In this document: positions 1-7,721 of the stretch, one piece after another
Layout: the number at the start of each line of letters is the position of its first letter
How positions within the stretch are numbered: the stretch's first letter is position 1
Origin: a virus
Direction: 5' to 3' (one strand)
Length of the DNA stretch: 35,645 nt
Virus record (IMG/VR): IMGVR_UViG_3300045988_027218
Span: 1-35,645 of that record
Program-made: the position numbers and the translations under genes
Notes under the pieces: generated by a model
Databases searched by the model: none
Seen by the model: only the letters and a program-made list of their open reading frames with translations
Told to the model about the DNA's origin: nothing

Positions 1-2
1 TT

Positions 3-455
3 ATGAATCTTTTTAAATTTTTAGTAGGTGCTGCAACCATTACAGTTGGCGCATGTGCAGTTGCTGGCAAAGTACGTCGTGATAAACAAAGACAGGAAGA
101 GTTAGATGAATTCTTATGCCCAGATATTGATGAACCTATTGAAAAAGAGATTCAACCAAGTGTAAGTCCATTAAAAAATATGGAATTGGATATTATGGGA
201 TTTAAAGAGGCTGAAGAAGAAATTCTTCCGGTCACACTTACATATAGCTTTGATTCTAAGGAGGCGGCTAAACAATTTCAAACAGAAATTGCTGAAAATG
301 GATTAACTTCTTCGTATGATGATGAAGACAAACTTGTGGATGTAATTTATCATGAGGGTGTAAATGAAAGTGATTTAAAAATTTTGTCAGACACACTTGT
401 AAATGCATGTACAAATACGAGTGCTGAATATAAAGGATTTCATTTTAATAAATAG
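3..455 (+). CDS. hypothetical membrane-anchored protein (N-terminal TM helix, acidic C-terminal domain)
   Basis: ATG at 3 opens a 150-aa ORF. The N-terminus FLVGAATITVGACAVAG is hydrophobic. A strong hairpin terminator follows directly. No family recognised. Confidence 0.55.
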   Translation: MNLFKFLVGAATITVGACAVAGKVRRDKQRQEELDEFLCPDIDEPIEKEIQPSVSPLKNMELDIMGFKEAEEEILPVTLTYSFDSKEAAKQFQTEIAENGLTSSYDDEDKLVDVIYHEGVNESDLKILSDTLVNACTNTSAEYKGFHFNK

Positions 456-482
456 TGGCTTGAGGGTGCTCAAGCCATTTTA
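456..482 (+). terminator. rho-independent terminator
   Basis: 9-bp stem TGGCTTGAG/CTCAAGCCA (456-464 / 469-477) with loop GGTG, followed by TTTTA. Confidence 0.6.
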
Positions 483-503
483 ATATGGTATAATAGATAA
501 AAG

Positions 504-551
504 CCTATATATAAAGCGTATATAGGAATATTGGCATATTTTCGGCATATT
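504..551. repeat. inverted and direct repeats in the candidate attP / integrase-binding region
   Basis: Inverted repeat CCTATATA (504-511) / TATATAGG (519-526). Direct repeat GGCATATT at 533-540 and 544-551. The region is non-coding and lies just upstream of int. Confidence 0.3.
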
Positions 552-576
552 CTTTCATGAATTATGCCTTTTTTTT
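544..576 (+). terminator. rho-independent terminator upstream of int
   Basis: Hairpin GGCATATTC...GAATTATGCC (544-568, one bulge) followed by T8 (569-576). Confidence 0.5.
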
Positions 577-618
577 ATCCTTTTTCTTGTGTATGATGTA
601 GAAAAAGAGGTGCAAGAA

Positions 619-1716
619 ATGGCAGTCAAGAAAGATGAAGCAACAAGCAAATGGATGTATTACGGTTCATATAAATTGAACGGAAAGACCAAACAATATA
701 AGAAGCGTGGTTTTGAAAAAAAGAAGGACGCTATAAAAGCAGAGATTATCTTCAAAGAGAATTTAAAAGAACCAAACGCAACTATCACATTCAATGAACT
801 ATCTTATCAATATCAAGTATACTCGGAAAAGAGGATTAAGGAAAGCTCATACTTAACGCAAAGAGCTATATTGAAACTTTGGGAAGATAGATTAGGCGAT
901 TGTGAAATAAGAAAAATCACAACAAATGAAATTGAATCTGTAATAAATGAATTGTTGGAATCCATGTCTTTTTCTACAATGGTAAATTGCTATGCAAAAT
1001 TCAGAGCAGTTCTTAACTATGCAGTAAGGCAAGGATATATTCAAGTGAATCCATGCAATAAGATTGATTTGAAAAAAGACCCCAACGAAAAGAAAAAGGA
1101 AATGAAATATTGGACGGTAGAACAATTCAACAAATTTATTGTAAATGAAGAAAAAGAAGTGTTTCATTTGTTATTTACAAATCAATTCTACATGGGCATG
1201 AGAATAGGCGAAGCGTTGGCTCTGCAATGGAAAGATGTTGACCTTATTAATAACACTATAAAGATAAGCAAAACGTGGTCAAATGCTCTTAGAAAAGCTA
1301 CTACGCCTAAAACAAATAACAGTTATAGAACAATTACTATGCCACAATTCTTAGTTGATGAATACAAGACATTTAAAGAGAAGATACACGCAAATGCAGA
1401 TGATTATATTTTCGGAACTACACTACCGTTCTATGTGAATAGAGTACAAGATGAATTAAAGCGTGTAATCAGAATAACAAATATCAAGCTACAAAAAGAT
1501 GAGCAGATACCTATTATTAGAACACATGATTTAAGGCACTCATGCGCAAGCTATATGATTAACAATATGGTTACAGATGGAATAGTGAATTTCTCAGTGT
1601 ATGACATTGCGAAAAGATTAGGCGATAACCTCGATACAGTACTTTCAGTATATGCTCATTGGTTACCTCAAGCAGATAAAGGTATTGTACAATTTATGGA
1701 GAAAGACAAATTTTAG
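619..1716 (+). CDS. int: tyrosine recombinase / phage integrase
   Basis: C-terminal catalytic pattern of tyrosine recombinases: MRIGEALAL, HDLRHSCASY, LSVYAHW. ATG 619 lies 6 nt after SD AAGAGGTG (605-612). The ORF track begins at GTG 589, which has no SD. Confidence 0.9.
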   Translation: MAVKKDEATSKWMYYGSYKLNGKTKQYKKRGFEKKKDAIKAEIIFKENLKEPNATITFNELSYQYQVYSEKRIKESSYLTQRAILKLWEDRLGDCEIRKITTNEIESVINELLESMSFSTMVNCYAKFRAVLNYAVRQGYIQVNPCNKIDLKKDPNEKKKEMKYWTVEQFNKFIVNEEKEVFHLLFTNQFYMGMRIGEALALQWKDVDLINNTIKISKTWSNALRKATTPKTNNSYRTITMPQFLVDEYKTFKEKIHANADDYIFGTTLPFYVNRVQDELKRVIRITNIKLQKDEQIPIIRTHDLRHSCASYMINNMVTDGIVNFSVYDIAKRLGDNLDTVLSVYAHWLPQADKGIVQFMEKDKF

Positions 1717-1798
1717 CACTAAAAATTACCCTTGAAATATAGTTATATGTGTTATAACCCTAGAGTTATTAATAATTATAAAGAAAGGGGGAAGCCAC

Positions 1799-1927
1799 GT
1801 GACGAAGTATGAAATGTATGTATTAATTAATAGAATGCTAGAAGAGTTAGAAGAAAAAGAAGTGGCAAGAGTTTATGAGTATACTCAACGGATTTGGATA
1901 GATTCCACAGATGAAAAGAGCGATTAA
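1799..1927 (+). CDS. small hypothetical protein (42 aa)
   Basis: GTG 1799 lies 7 nt after a GGGGG SD (1787-1791). It translates as VTKYEMYVLINRMLEELEEKEVARVYEYTQRIWIDSTDEKSD and ends inside the terminator hairpin. No Xis-like HTH recognised. Confidence 0.35.
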   Translation: MTKYEMYVLINRMLEELEEKEVARVYEYTQRIWIDSTDEKSD

Positions 1928-1941
1928 TTTCGCTCTTTTTT
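1915..1941. terminator. bidirectional rho-independent terminator
   Basis: Stem AAAGAGCGA (1915-1923) / TCGCTCTTT (1930-1938) with loop TTAATT. An A-tract lies upstream and a T-tract downstream. It sits between convergent genes. Confidence 0.6.
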
Positions 1942-2584
1942 AGTTTGGAAACCATTGAATTTCTTTAAATGTTGGCGCTTCATCAGTGTTTCCTGTCCAA
2001 TCACAAGTAATGACAAAGCCAAGTTTCTTATCATCTACATATGCGTATCCTTTTACTGCATATGAATTATCTTGTTTAATCCAATCAAAATTTGATGTTT
2101 TATCTAATTCAGATATATTGAAATCTGAATGAACTGCTATTGCCATGTTCACCCAATCATATAAAGCTTCTTTTTCTGCTGGTGTCATAATAACAGTTCT
2201 AGGCATTCTAGTAACTGAACCATTTTCATAGAATACTGTTTCATCCTTTTTAACAGTGCTTACAGTATCATCTTTAATATTAAAAGTAATATCAGTGTCT
2301 ATATATTTAATTGTGCAAGAATCCTCATCTAAATGAGTGATATGAAGTTTTGATTTTTTAATTCCTAGTTCTTTAGCAACAGATACAATAGATTTTACTT
2401 CTTTTTCCGGTACTTCCCAATTTTCTGCTATTTCTTCAGTATATGTTAACTTCTTTTGTGGTTCACTAGGAGCAATAGCAATAATTGCATAAAAAACGAC
2501 AATAATAATTGCACACCATAAAAATATCTTTTTCTTCTTACTTCCACCTTTCTTAATAGGTGGTGTTTTAGTTTTGTTCCGCAT
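1940..2584 (-). CDS. membrane-anchored protein of the lysogeny module (candidate superinfection-exclusion / moron protein)
   Basis: 214-aa ORF that overlaps the end of the repressor gene and is probably co-transcribed with it. A basic N-terminus is followed by the TM helix IFLWCAIIIVVFYAIIAIA. No HExxH motif, so it is not ImmA-like. Confidence 0.65.
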   Translation of the reverse strand: MRNKTKTPPIKKGGSKKKKIFLWCAIIIVVFYAIIAIAPSEPQKKLTYTEEIAENWEVPEKEVKSIVSVAKELGIKKSKLHITHLDEDSCTIKYIDTDITFNIKDDTVSTVKKDETVFYENGSVTRMPRTVIMTPAEKEALYDWVNMAIAVHSDFNISELDKTSNFDWIKQDNSYAVKGYAYVDDKKLGFVITCDWTGNTDEAPTFKEIQWFPN

Positions 2585-2969
2585 TGTCTAATTCCTTAAT
2601 GATTCCATAAATGAAATCCAATAACCTTTCCTTTGTTTCTTCACTTGATTTTAAGTAAGCCTTGATAAGTGGCTTTTGATTTGGGTTGATTTGGTATTCA
2701 TCAATTAATTCATCAATAGTGTTATCCGGCAATTCTAGAAACATATTGCCTTTACCCTCAGTTAACCAAAAGTAATCAACATTATATTCTTTACAAATTA
2801 ATTTGATTGTTTGGTCACTAGGATTGTTTACACCTTTTTCGAGTGAATTGACACTACTTCGAGTTATACCAATTTTCTTTCCGAACTTTTCCATGCTTAG
2901 GTTCAAGTTAGACCTAATAGCATTTATTCTTTCACCTATAGTCAAATGTTTTACCTCCTCTATATTCAT
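2568..2969 (-). CDS. XRE-family (cI-like) transcriptional repressor
   Basis: N-terminal HTH: IGERINAIRSNLNLSMEKFGKKIGITRSSVNSLEKGVNNPSDQTIKLICKEYNVDYFWL. It is divergent from the early operon. Confidence 0.85.
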   Translation of the reverse strand: MNIEEVKHLTIGERINAIRSNLNLSMEKFGKKIGITRSSVNSLEKGVNNPSDQTIKLICKEYNVDYFWLTEGKGNMFLELPDNTIDELIDEYQINPNQKPLIKAYLKSSEETKERLLDFIYGIIKELDNAEQN

Positions 2970-3013
2970 AATATCACAAAGAATAAACTTGTAAATTAAA
3001 AAGACAAAAATAC

Positions 3014-3042
3014 TTTACAATGTCATTCAAAAGTACTATAAT
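3014..3042 (+). promoter_or_regulatory. early rightward promoter (sigma-70 type)
   Basis: TTTACA (3014-3019), exactly 17 nt of spacer, then TATAAT (3037-3042), about 40 nt upstream of the first early gene. Confidence 0.6.
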
Positions 3043-3069
3043 GTACTCGTAAAGTACAAATGAGTACTA
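3031..3069. promoter_or_regulatory. putative operator array (four AGTAC/GTACT half-sites phased one helical turn apart)
   Basis: GTAC cores at 3033, 3043, 3054 and 3064 (spacing 10/11/10 bp). The first pair, AGTAC-TATAAT-GTACT, brackets the -10 box. Confidence 0.4.
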
Positions 3070-3084
3070 AACAGAGGACAAGAA

Positions 3085-3366
3085 ATGACAAACGAAGAAA
3101 TTATCCAAAATGAAAAAAAGGTACTAGGCATGGGAGAGTTTGAACCTCTCCACACATTCCAAAAATGGAAAGAAATGGGGTTCAAAGTTAAGAAAGGTGA
3201 GCATGCAGTAACTTGTACAAAGTTATGGAAACCTAAAGCAAAGAAATTCACAGATGAAAACGGAGAAGAAAAAGTTGAGAACAATTTCTTCTTAGCAAAA
3301 GCTTACTTATTTAAATTAAATCAAGTTGAGCGAATCAATCAAAATGCAGAACCATTAATGAATTAA
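3085..3366 (+). CDS. small ArdC-N-like (DUF1738-like) protein in the cro position
   Basis: SD AGAGGA upstream. The pattern LHTFQKWKEMGFKVKKGEHAV...FFLAKAYLFKLNQVE resembles the ArdC N-terminal ssDNA-binding domain (TfkQa..lGg.VrKGEkg ... vFn..Qve). This is from memory. Confidence 0.5.
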   Translation: MTNEEIIQNEKKVLGMGEFEPLHTFQKWKEMGFKVKKGEHAVTCTKLWKPKAKKFTDENGEEKVENNFFLAKAYLFKLNQVERINQNAEPLMN

Positions 3367-3381
3367 TAGGAGGAACAAGTA

Positions 3382-3600
3382 ATGTTAATTTATCAGACAC
3401 CAAAAGGTGAAAAGCACACTGTATATGTCTATTTAAAAGATGGGCGAGTAGAAAGATTTAAAAATATTGTAGAAATCAGTAGATTGCGTAACGGATACGC
3501 ATGGGGTGTTCAAAATGAATACAACTTTTTAGAAGATGACAGAAGAACATCACACGCAGTAAGAAAAGAAGATATAGAAAAACTAGAAATATTCAATTAG
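3382..3600 (+). CDS. hypothetical protein
   Basis: SD TAGGAGGA lies 7 nt upstream of the ATG; 72-aa ORF. Confidence 0.65.
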   Translation: MLIYQTPKGEKHTVYVYLKDGRVERFKNIVEISRLRNGYAWGVQNEYNFLEDDRRTSHAVRKEDIEKLEIFN

Positions 3601-3683
3601 TCGAAACTAGCCAATAGGCTAGTCTGCTAGAGTTGACCTACTAGCACTGATGATGACAGGTCAAAAAGAAAGAGGGTGAAACA

Positions 3684-3812
3684 ATACTAGACAAAAGAAT
3701 TTTTGAAGCCTTAGGCGAACTACAAAAGAAAGGCTATGAGCTTTCAGAATTTCATCAAGGATATATCGCTTGTATCTTAGATGAATCGAAAAGAGGTGAG
3801 AAGCATGACTAG
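3684..3812 (+). CDS. small hypothetical protein (42 aa) with a putative ATA start
   Basis: It fills an otherwise empty 180-bp gap. SD AGAGGGTG (3671-3678) is followed by 5 nt and then ATA. The frame opens at TGA 3678-3680. Its end overlaps the next start (ATGACTAG). Not in the ORF track because it lacks a canonical start. Confidence 0.35.
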   Translation: MLDKRIFEALGELQKKGYELSEFHQGYIACILDESKRGEKHD

Positions 3813-3984
3813 AACATATTTCGTAACCTGCGACGTAACTGCAAATGTTACGTTCGAGGTTGAAGCACATGACAGTGCAGAAGCAAAAGAAATTGCGAAT
3901 CAATTAAACGTAAGAGATTTGCAAGAAGTAAATCAAATTAACACTTGTGAATCTAGAATAGAGGTGTATGAAAGTGATTATTGA
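3805..3984 (+). CDS. hypothetical protein
   Basis: ATG 3805 follows SD AAGAGGTGA. The ORF-track start 3781 has no SD. Confidence 0.6.
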   Translation: MTRTYFVTCDVTANVTFEVEAHDSAEAKEIANQLNVRDLQEVNQINTCESRIEVYESDY

Positions 3985-4225
3985 TTATAAAGCGTTGCTT
4001 AATAAAGATGATTTAGTTTCATTGTTTGATTGGGATGTTTTTCAAGAGCAAACTCAAAGAAACTACGCTCACAAGGTAATGAAATCGGTTCGTGAACAAT
4101 ACAAAAAAGACAATGGAATTGATTGGAAAGACACGTTTATTTATAAGAATGTATCACAAAATGTTATTCCAACAGAAACATTTTTAAAGTGTTGTCCGGA
4201 GTTCAGAAAAAGCTTTAGGAGGTAA
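3968..4225 (+). CDS. hypothetical protein
   Basis: 85-aa ORF overlapping the previous stop. The alternative GTG 3974 is better spaced from GAGGTG. Confidence 0.6.
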   Translation: MKVIIDYKALLNKDDLVSLFDWDVFQEQTQRNYAHKVMKSVREQYKKDNGIDWKDTFIYKNVSQNVIPTETFLKCCPEFRKSFRR

Positions 4226-4227
4226 AC

Positions 4228-4458
4228 ATGGAAGATATAAGAATGAATGCAATACAAGAAGATGAAATGGAGTTAAGCATTTATCCATTTAATCCAAAAA
4301 GAAGATATTTAAGCAAGGAAGAAAAAGAACTTATTAGAGAACAAAGGTATCAAAAAAGAATCACAACGTGTGTGAATATTCTGTTATTCGCAACAATTAT
4401 GATTCTATTAATGACTATTTCATGTTTTGGTAAAACGTATGCAATGTTATTTCAATAA
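4228..4458 (+). CDS. hypothetical protein with a C-terminal TM helix
   Basis: SD TAGGAGGT upstream. The C-terminus ITTCVNILLFATIMILLMTISCF is hydrophobic. Confidence 0.6.
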   Translation: MEDIRMNAIQEDEMELSIYPFNPKRRYLSKEEKELIREQRYQKRITTCVNILLFATIMILLMTISCFGKTYAMLFQ

Positions 4459-4558
4459 AAAAAGAGGTGCGCACTCGACAAAAGCACGCACACACAAGAA
4501 ATGACGTTCTTAAAATAAGAACACATACATTATAGCAGATTAAAAGGAGAAACGGAAG

Positions 4559-5221
4559 ATGGAAGAAAAGAAAAGCATTTATGAGAAACTTTCATTAATT
4601 CAGAATGAAATGAAAGTCGGAAAAAACAATTACAACAAATTTGGGAAATATAACTATCGTTCTGCCGAAGATATTCTTGCAGAAGCTAAAAAGATTTGTT
4701 GCAAGCATAGAACAACATTAATTCTTACAGATGATATTAAAGTTGCAGAAGCTAGATATTACGTTGTAGCAAATGCAATATTAATGGATTGGGATTCTCA
4801 TATAACGGTAGAGGTTACCGCAATGGCTAGAGAAGAAGAAAATAAAAAAGGTATGGACGCTTCACAAGTTACAGGTTCATGCAGTTCATATGCTAGAAAA
4901 TATGCGTTAAATGGTTTATTCAATTTAGATGATACAAAAGACGCAGATACAGACGAGCAACATGAAGCAATTCAAAATGCACAAACAAAACAACAGAAAG
5001 CCGAAAAAAATGACAAGTTAGATGAAATTCGTATGCGTTGTTTTAAAGCACAAAATGAATTACAGAAGCTAGGAATTGATACGCATTCAGAAGCGTTTTG
5101 TGAGCATTTAAAAGCCGAATATAAAATCAGCTCACAAGATATTCCTAATCTAAATGGAAACGGTCTAGTGGCATTAATTAAAGCATATGGAGCTATTTAC
5201 AAAGAAAATGCGAAAGCATAA
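4559..5221 (+). CDS. erf: ERF-family single-strand annealing recombinase
   Basis: The N-terminus SIYEKLSLIQNEMKVGKNNYNKFGKYNYRSAEDILAEAKK and the later SYARKYALNGLF are typical of Erf (recalled family pattern). SD AAAGGAGA upstream. Confidence 0.8.
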   Translation: MEEKKSIYEKLSLIQNEMKVGKNNYNKFGKYNYRSAEDILAEAKKICCKHRTTLILTDDIKVAEARYYVVANAILMDWDSHITVEVTAMAREEENKKGMDASQVTGSCSSYARKYALNGLFNLDDTKDADTDEQHEAIQNAQTKQQKAEKNDKLDEIRMRCFKAQNELQKLGIDTHSEAFCEHLKAEYKISSQDIPNLNGNGLVALIKAYGAIYKENAKA

Positions 5222-5234
5222 GGAGGAAAGAAAA

Positions 5235-5540
5235 ATGGAATTAGTAAACGTAACAAATGGACAAATTGAAATTCAACAGGAAGCATTAAGTAAATTAAAA
5301 TCATTTCAAGAATACAAAAAGGAAATGGACAAATTAGAAAAAGATATTAAGAAAAATATCTTAGAAGCTATGGAAAATAACGGTATCAAATCATTTGAAA
5401 ATGATGTTGTGAAAATTTCGTATGTAGAACCATACACAAGAACAACTATTGATACAAAGTTAGTGAATGAATTAGGTCTTATGCACCAATTATCAAAGGA
5501 AACACAAGTTAAATCTAGTGTTAAGGTAACTTGGAAATAA
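5235..5540 (+). CDS. hypothetical coiled-coil protein downstream of Erf
   Basis: ATG 5235 follows SD AAGGAGGA. The ORF-track start 5187 lies inside erf. Confidence 0.65.
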   Translation: MELVNVTNGQIEIQQEALSKLKSFQEYKKEMDKLEKDIKKNILEAMENNGIKSFENDVVKISYVEPYTRTTIDTKLVNELGLMHQLSKETQVKSSVKVTWK

Positions 5541-5827
5541 AACGAGATAAGTCAATTTTACAAAAAGACATGTCTAAATGTTATGTATGTGGTTCACCTT
5601 TAGATTTACACACGCATGAAATTTATTTCGGTACTGCTAACCGAAAGAAATCAATTGAGCATGGTTGCTATGTACGTTTATGTGCTAGACATCACAACAT
5701 GAGCAGTGAAGGAGTACATTTCAATCACAAATTAGACATGAAACTTAAAAAGGAATGCCAAAAGGCATTTGAAGAAGTACACACAAGAAATGAATTTATG
5801 AAGATATTTCATAAAAACTATCTATAG
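5531..5827 (+). CDS. Cys/His-rich zinc-binding protein (NinG/HNH-like pattern)
   Basis: The arrangement CYVCGS...HTHEIYFG..NRKKS...LCARHHN...GVHFN recalls small phage Zn/HNH-like recombination-associated proteins. The start is uncertain: TTG 5531, ATA 5537 or ATG 5570. Confidence 0.5.
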   Translation: MEIKRDKSILQKDMSKCYVCGSPLDLHTHEIYFGTANRKKSIEHGCYVRLCARHHNMSSEGVHFNHKLDMKLKKECQKAFEEVHTRNEFMKIFHKNYL

Positions 5828-5836
5828 GAGGTAAAT

Positions 5837-6067
5837 ATGCATTCATACAATGTTATAAAGAATCAAGAATCATACCCTCGTGATATTTATTATTCACAGG
5901 CTAAAAGGATTGAGGATTTAGAAAATTACATCATGGATGAAAACTTCAATCCGTATCAAGATTCATGGACGGATGTTAAAAAAATGGAAGAATTGGGAAT
6001 TACAGAAGAACAAAAAGCACTTTTCAGAATCCAAAAATTTGAAGAAATGGAGCAAATGAGATTTTGA
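5837..6067 (+). CDS. hypothetical protein
   Basis: SD TAGGAGGT lies 5 nt upstream of the ATG. Confidence 0.65.
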   Translation: MHSYNVIKNQESYPRDIYYSQAKRIEDLENYIMDENFNPYQDSWTDVKKMEELGITEEQKALFRIQKFEEMEQMRF

Positions 6068-6615
6068 AAACAAAATTAATAGGTAATTTCATCAGAAAAT
6101 CAAGAAATGAAGATGGAAACCTAGAAATAACATTTGAATTGACTGAGCCAATATACGAATCATACGCTCAGACACTCGAAAAAGGGGCATATAGCGTGAT
6201 TATAGATTCTGTTAAGCATTTACGTACTAACAATCAGAATCGGCTTATGTGGGCATTAATCAAGGAAATAAGTGAAAACGAAAACGCAAGCTACAACGAT
6301 ACATGGGATATGTATTGCGAATTCTTGAGAATGGCAAAAGCGTTATATACATATGTTTCAGTTTTGAAAGATGGTGTTGATTCGTTGGCTCAAGCTCATG
6401 GAGTTAGAGCAGTTCAAATATTGGGCACTGAGATAAGAGACAATGGAAATGAATTTGTGAATTGTAGATTGTTTTTGGGTAGCTCACAAATGGACACAAA
6501 ACAAATGGGAGTCTTAATTGATTGCATATTAGATTATGCAGAACAATTAGGAATCAGTACCCAATATTATTTAGATAAAGGAATCAAGGTGGAAGAAAAT
6601 AAAGTTTGTAATTAA
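6064..6615 (+). CDS. NinB/Orf-like recombination mediator
   Basis: RTNNQNRLMWALIKEIS...TWDMYCEF and GSSQMDTKQMGVLIDCILDYAEQLGI parallel lambda NinB motifs (RSLDQNRKLWACLGDVS...ESWKCVF; STSRMRVGEFAELLELIQAFGTERGV), recalled from memory. Confidence 0.55.
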   Translation: MKTKLIGNFIRKSRNEDGNLEITFELTEPIYESYAQTLEKGAYSVIIDSVKHLRTNNQNRLMWALIKEISENENASYNDTWDMYCEFLRMAKALYTYVSVLKDGVDSLAQAHGVRAVQILGTEIRDNGNEFVNCRLFLGSSQMDTKQMGVLIDCILDYAEQLGISTQYYLDKGIKVEENKVCN

Positions 6616-6976
6616 AGGAAAACTAGATGGATTGAATGAATATATTAATGCTTGCAGAACGAACCGCTACAAAGGAGCAGAAATGAAGAAAAAGAATGAG
6701 CGATTAGTTATGGCTTATATCTTACAGGCAGTAAACTTTGGTGAAATTTACGAAGTTAAGAACTACCCAATTAAATTAAATATTAATTGGTATGAACCGA
6801 ATTCAAGGCGTGATGTTGATAACGTAACATTCGCAACTAAATTCATTCAAGATTCATTAGTTAGAACAGGAATACTTGAGGATGATTCAAGGAAATACAT
6901 TAATCAAGTGAATCATTCAGTATTTACAGATAAACAAAATCCAAGAATAGAGGTAGAAATTCTAGGGGGTGATTAG
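6599..6976 (+). CDS. rusA: RusA-family Holliday-junction resolvase (putative ATA start)
   Basis: (M)KFVIKGKLDGLNEYINACRTNRYKGAEMKKK...NWYEPNSRRDVDNVTFATKFIQDSLV is the RusA pattern. The conserved N-terminus lies upstream of the ORF-track TTG 6632. There is no in-frame ATG/GTG/TTG after stop 6572. SD AGGTGG (6587-6592) is followed by 6 nt and then ATA 6599. Confidence 0.75.
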   Translation: MKFVIKGKLDGLNEYINACRTNRYKGAEMKKKNERLVMAYILQAVNFGEIYEVKNYPIKLNINWYEPNSRRDVDNVTFATKFIQDSLVRTGILEDDSRKYINQVNHSVFTDKQNPRIEVEILGGD

Positions 6977-7709
6977 AATAGCAGAACTAAAGAAAAGCCT
7001 ACAAAGTGGGTATACACACGTTAACAATGAAATATTTCACGATAGAGAACTATCCTATAAAGCAAAAGGCTTGTTTTGCCAAATGTTAAGCCTTCCGGAT
7101 AATTGGGACTTTAAGGAAAACAGTATTAAAGCATTAGCTACAGATGGAATATCAAGTGTTCGTTCCGGGTTAAAAGAATTAATGAATAAAGGATATTTAA
7201 TTCGTGAACCTATTAGAGAAGGTAATTTAATTGTTGATTGGCAATATACATTAATAGACAATCCTCGGAATTTAGAAAATCTAAAAATAGAAAATCTAAA
7301 AATAGAAAATCTAAAATTAGAAAATCTAAACCCTATTAAATTAAATAATAATTCAACTAAAAATGAATTAAATAAAAATAATATTAATGTATGTACGCAC
7401 AAACATAAATACGGAGAATATTCACACGTGTTACTTACAGATAAAGAACACACACACCTATTAGATTTATATGGTGATTCATTAGATGAGCATATAAAGA
7501 TATTAGATGAGTACATTGAAACAAGTGGAAAGAAATACAAGAACCATTCATTAGTACTACAAAAGTGGGTACATGATGAATGGATGAAAAGAAACAAAGA
7601 TAAGCCTATCACACTTGATTCAAAGTTTTATGCAGAGCAAAGCACAAAGACAGATAAAGAAGTACAAGATGAATTTAATAGGCTTAGAGCACAATTATTT
7701 GGAGCATAG
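6969..7709 (+). CDS. phage replisome organiser / replication initiator (N-terminal wHTH, DnaD-like C-terminus)
   Basis: The N-terminus YTHVNNEIFHD..LSYKAKGLFCQMLSLPDNWDF and the C-terminus VLLTDKEHTHLLDLYGDSLDEHIKILDEYIETSGKKYKNHSLVLQKWV match recalled replisome-organiser families. The gene contains iterons. Confidence 0.75.
   Translation: MIRIAELKKSLQSGYTHVNNEIFHDRELSYKAKGLFCQMLSLPDNWDFKENSIKALATDGISSVRSGLKELMNKGYLIREPIREGNLIVDWQYTLIDNPRNLENLKIENLKIENLKLENLNPIKLNNNSTKNELNKNNINVCTHKHKYGEYSHVLLTDKEHTHLLDLYGDSLDEHIKILDEYIETSGKKYKNHSLVLQKWVHDEWMKRNKDKPITLDSKFYAEQSTKTDKEVQDEFNRLRAQLFGA
7273..7332 (+). repeat. four tandem 15-bp iterons (TAGAAAATCTAAAAA)
   Basis: Units at 7273, 7288, 7303 and 7318; the last two each differ slightly. 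They encode NLKIENLKIENLKLENL within the initiator gene. Confidence 0.85.
7273..7395. other. putative phage origin of replication (iterons plus an AT-rich tract)
   Basis: The iterons are followed immediately by a very AT-rich stretch (7333-7395). This is the same architecture as lambda ori within gene O. Confidence 0.55.
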
Positions 7710-7721
7710 AAAGGGGATTAA

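Noticed and set aside
4459-4558. Hairpins in the gap upstream of erf (GTTCTTA-AAA-TAAGAAC at about 4507-4523) could be a terminator or riboswitch.
   Set aside because: The stem is short, has no T-run and shows no recognisable riboswitch architecture. There is not enough evidence to call a feature.
7273-7332. The tandem repeats could be a CRISPR array.
   Set aside because: The units are 15 bp, directly abutting with no spacers. They lie in frame inside a coding gene. This is iteron architecture, not CRISPR.
7055-7612. 185-aa minus-strand ORF opposite the replisome-organiser gene.
   Set aside because: It is the antisense shadow of a well-supported gene and of the iteron repeat (its FRFSIFRFS repeats mirror the iterons). 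It has no SD, and its composition is low-complexity and Phe/Ser/Leu-rich.
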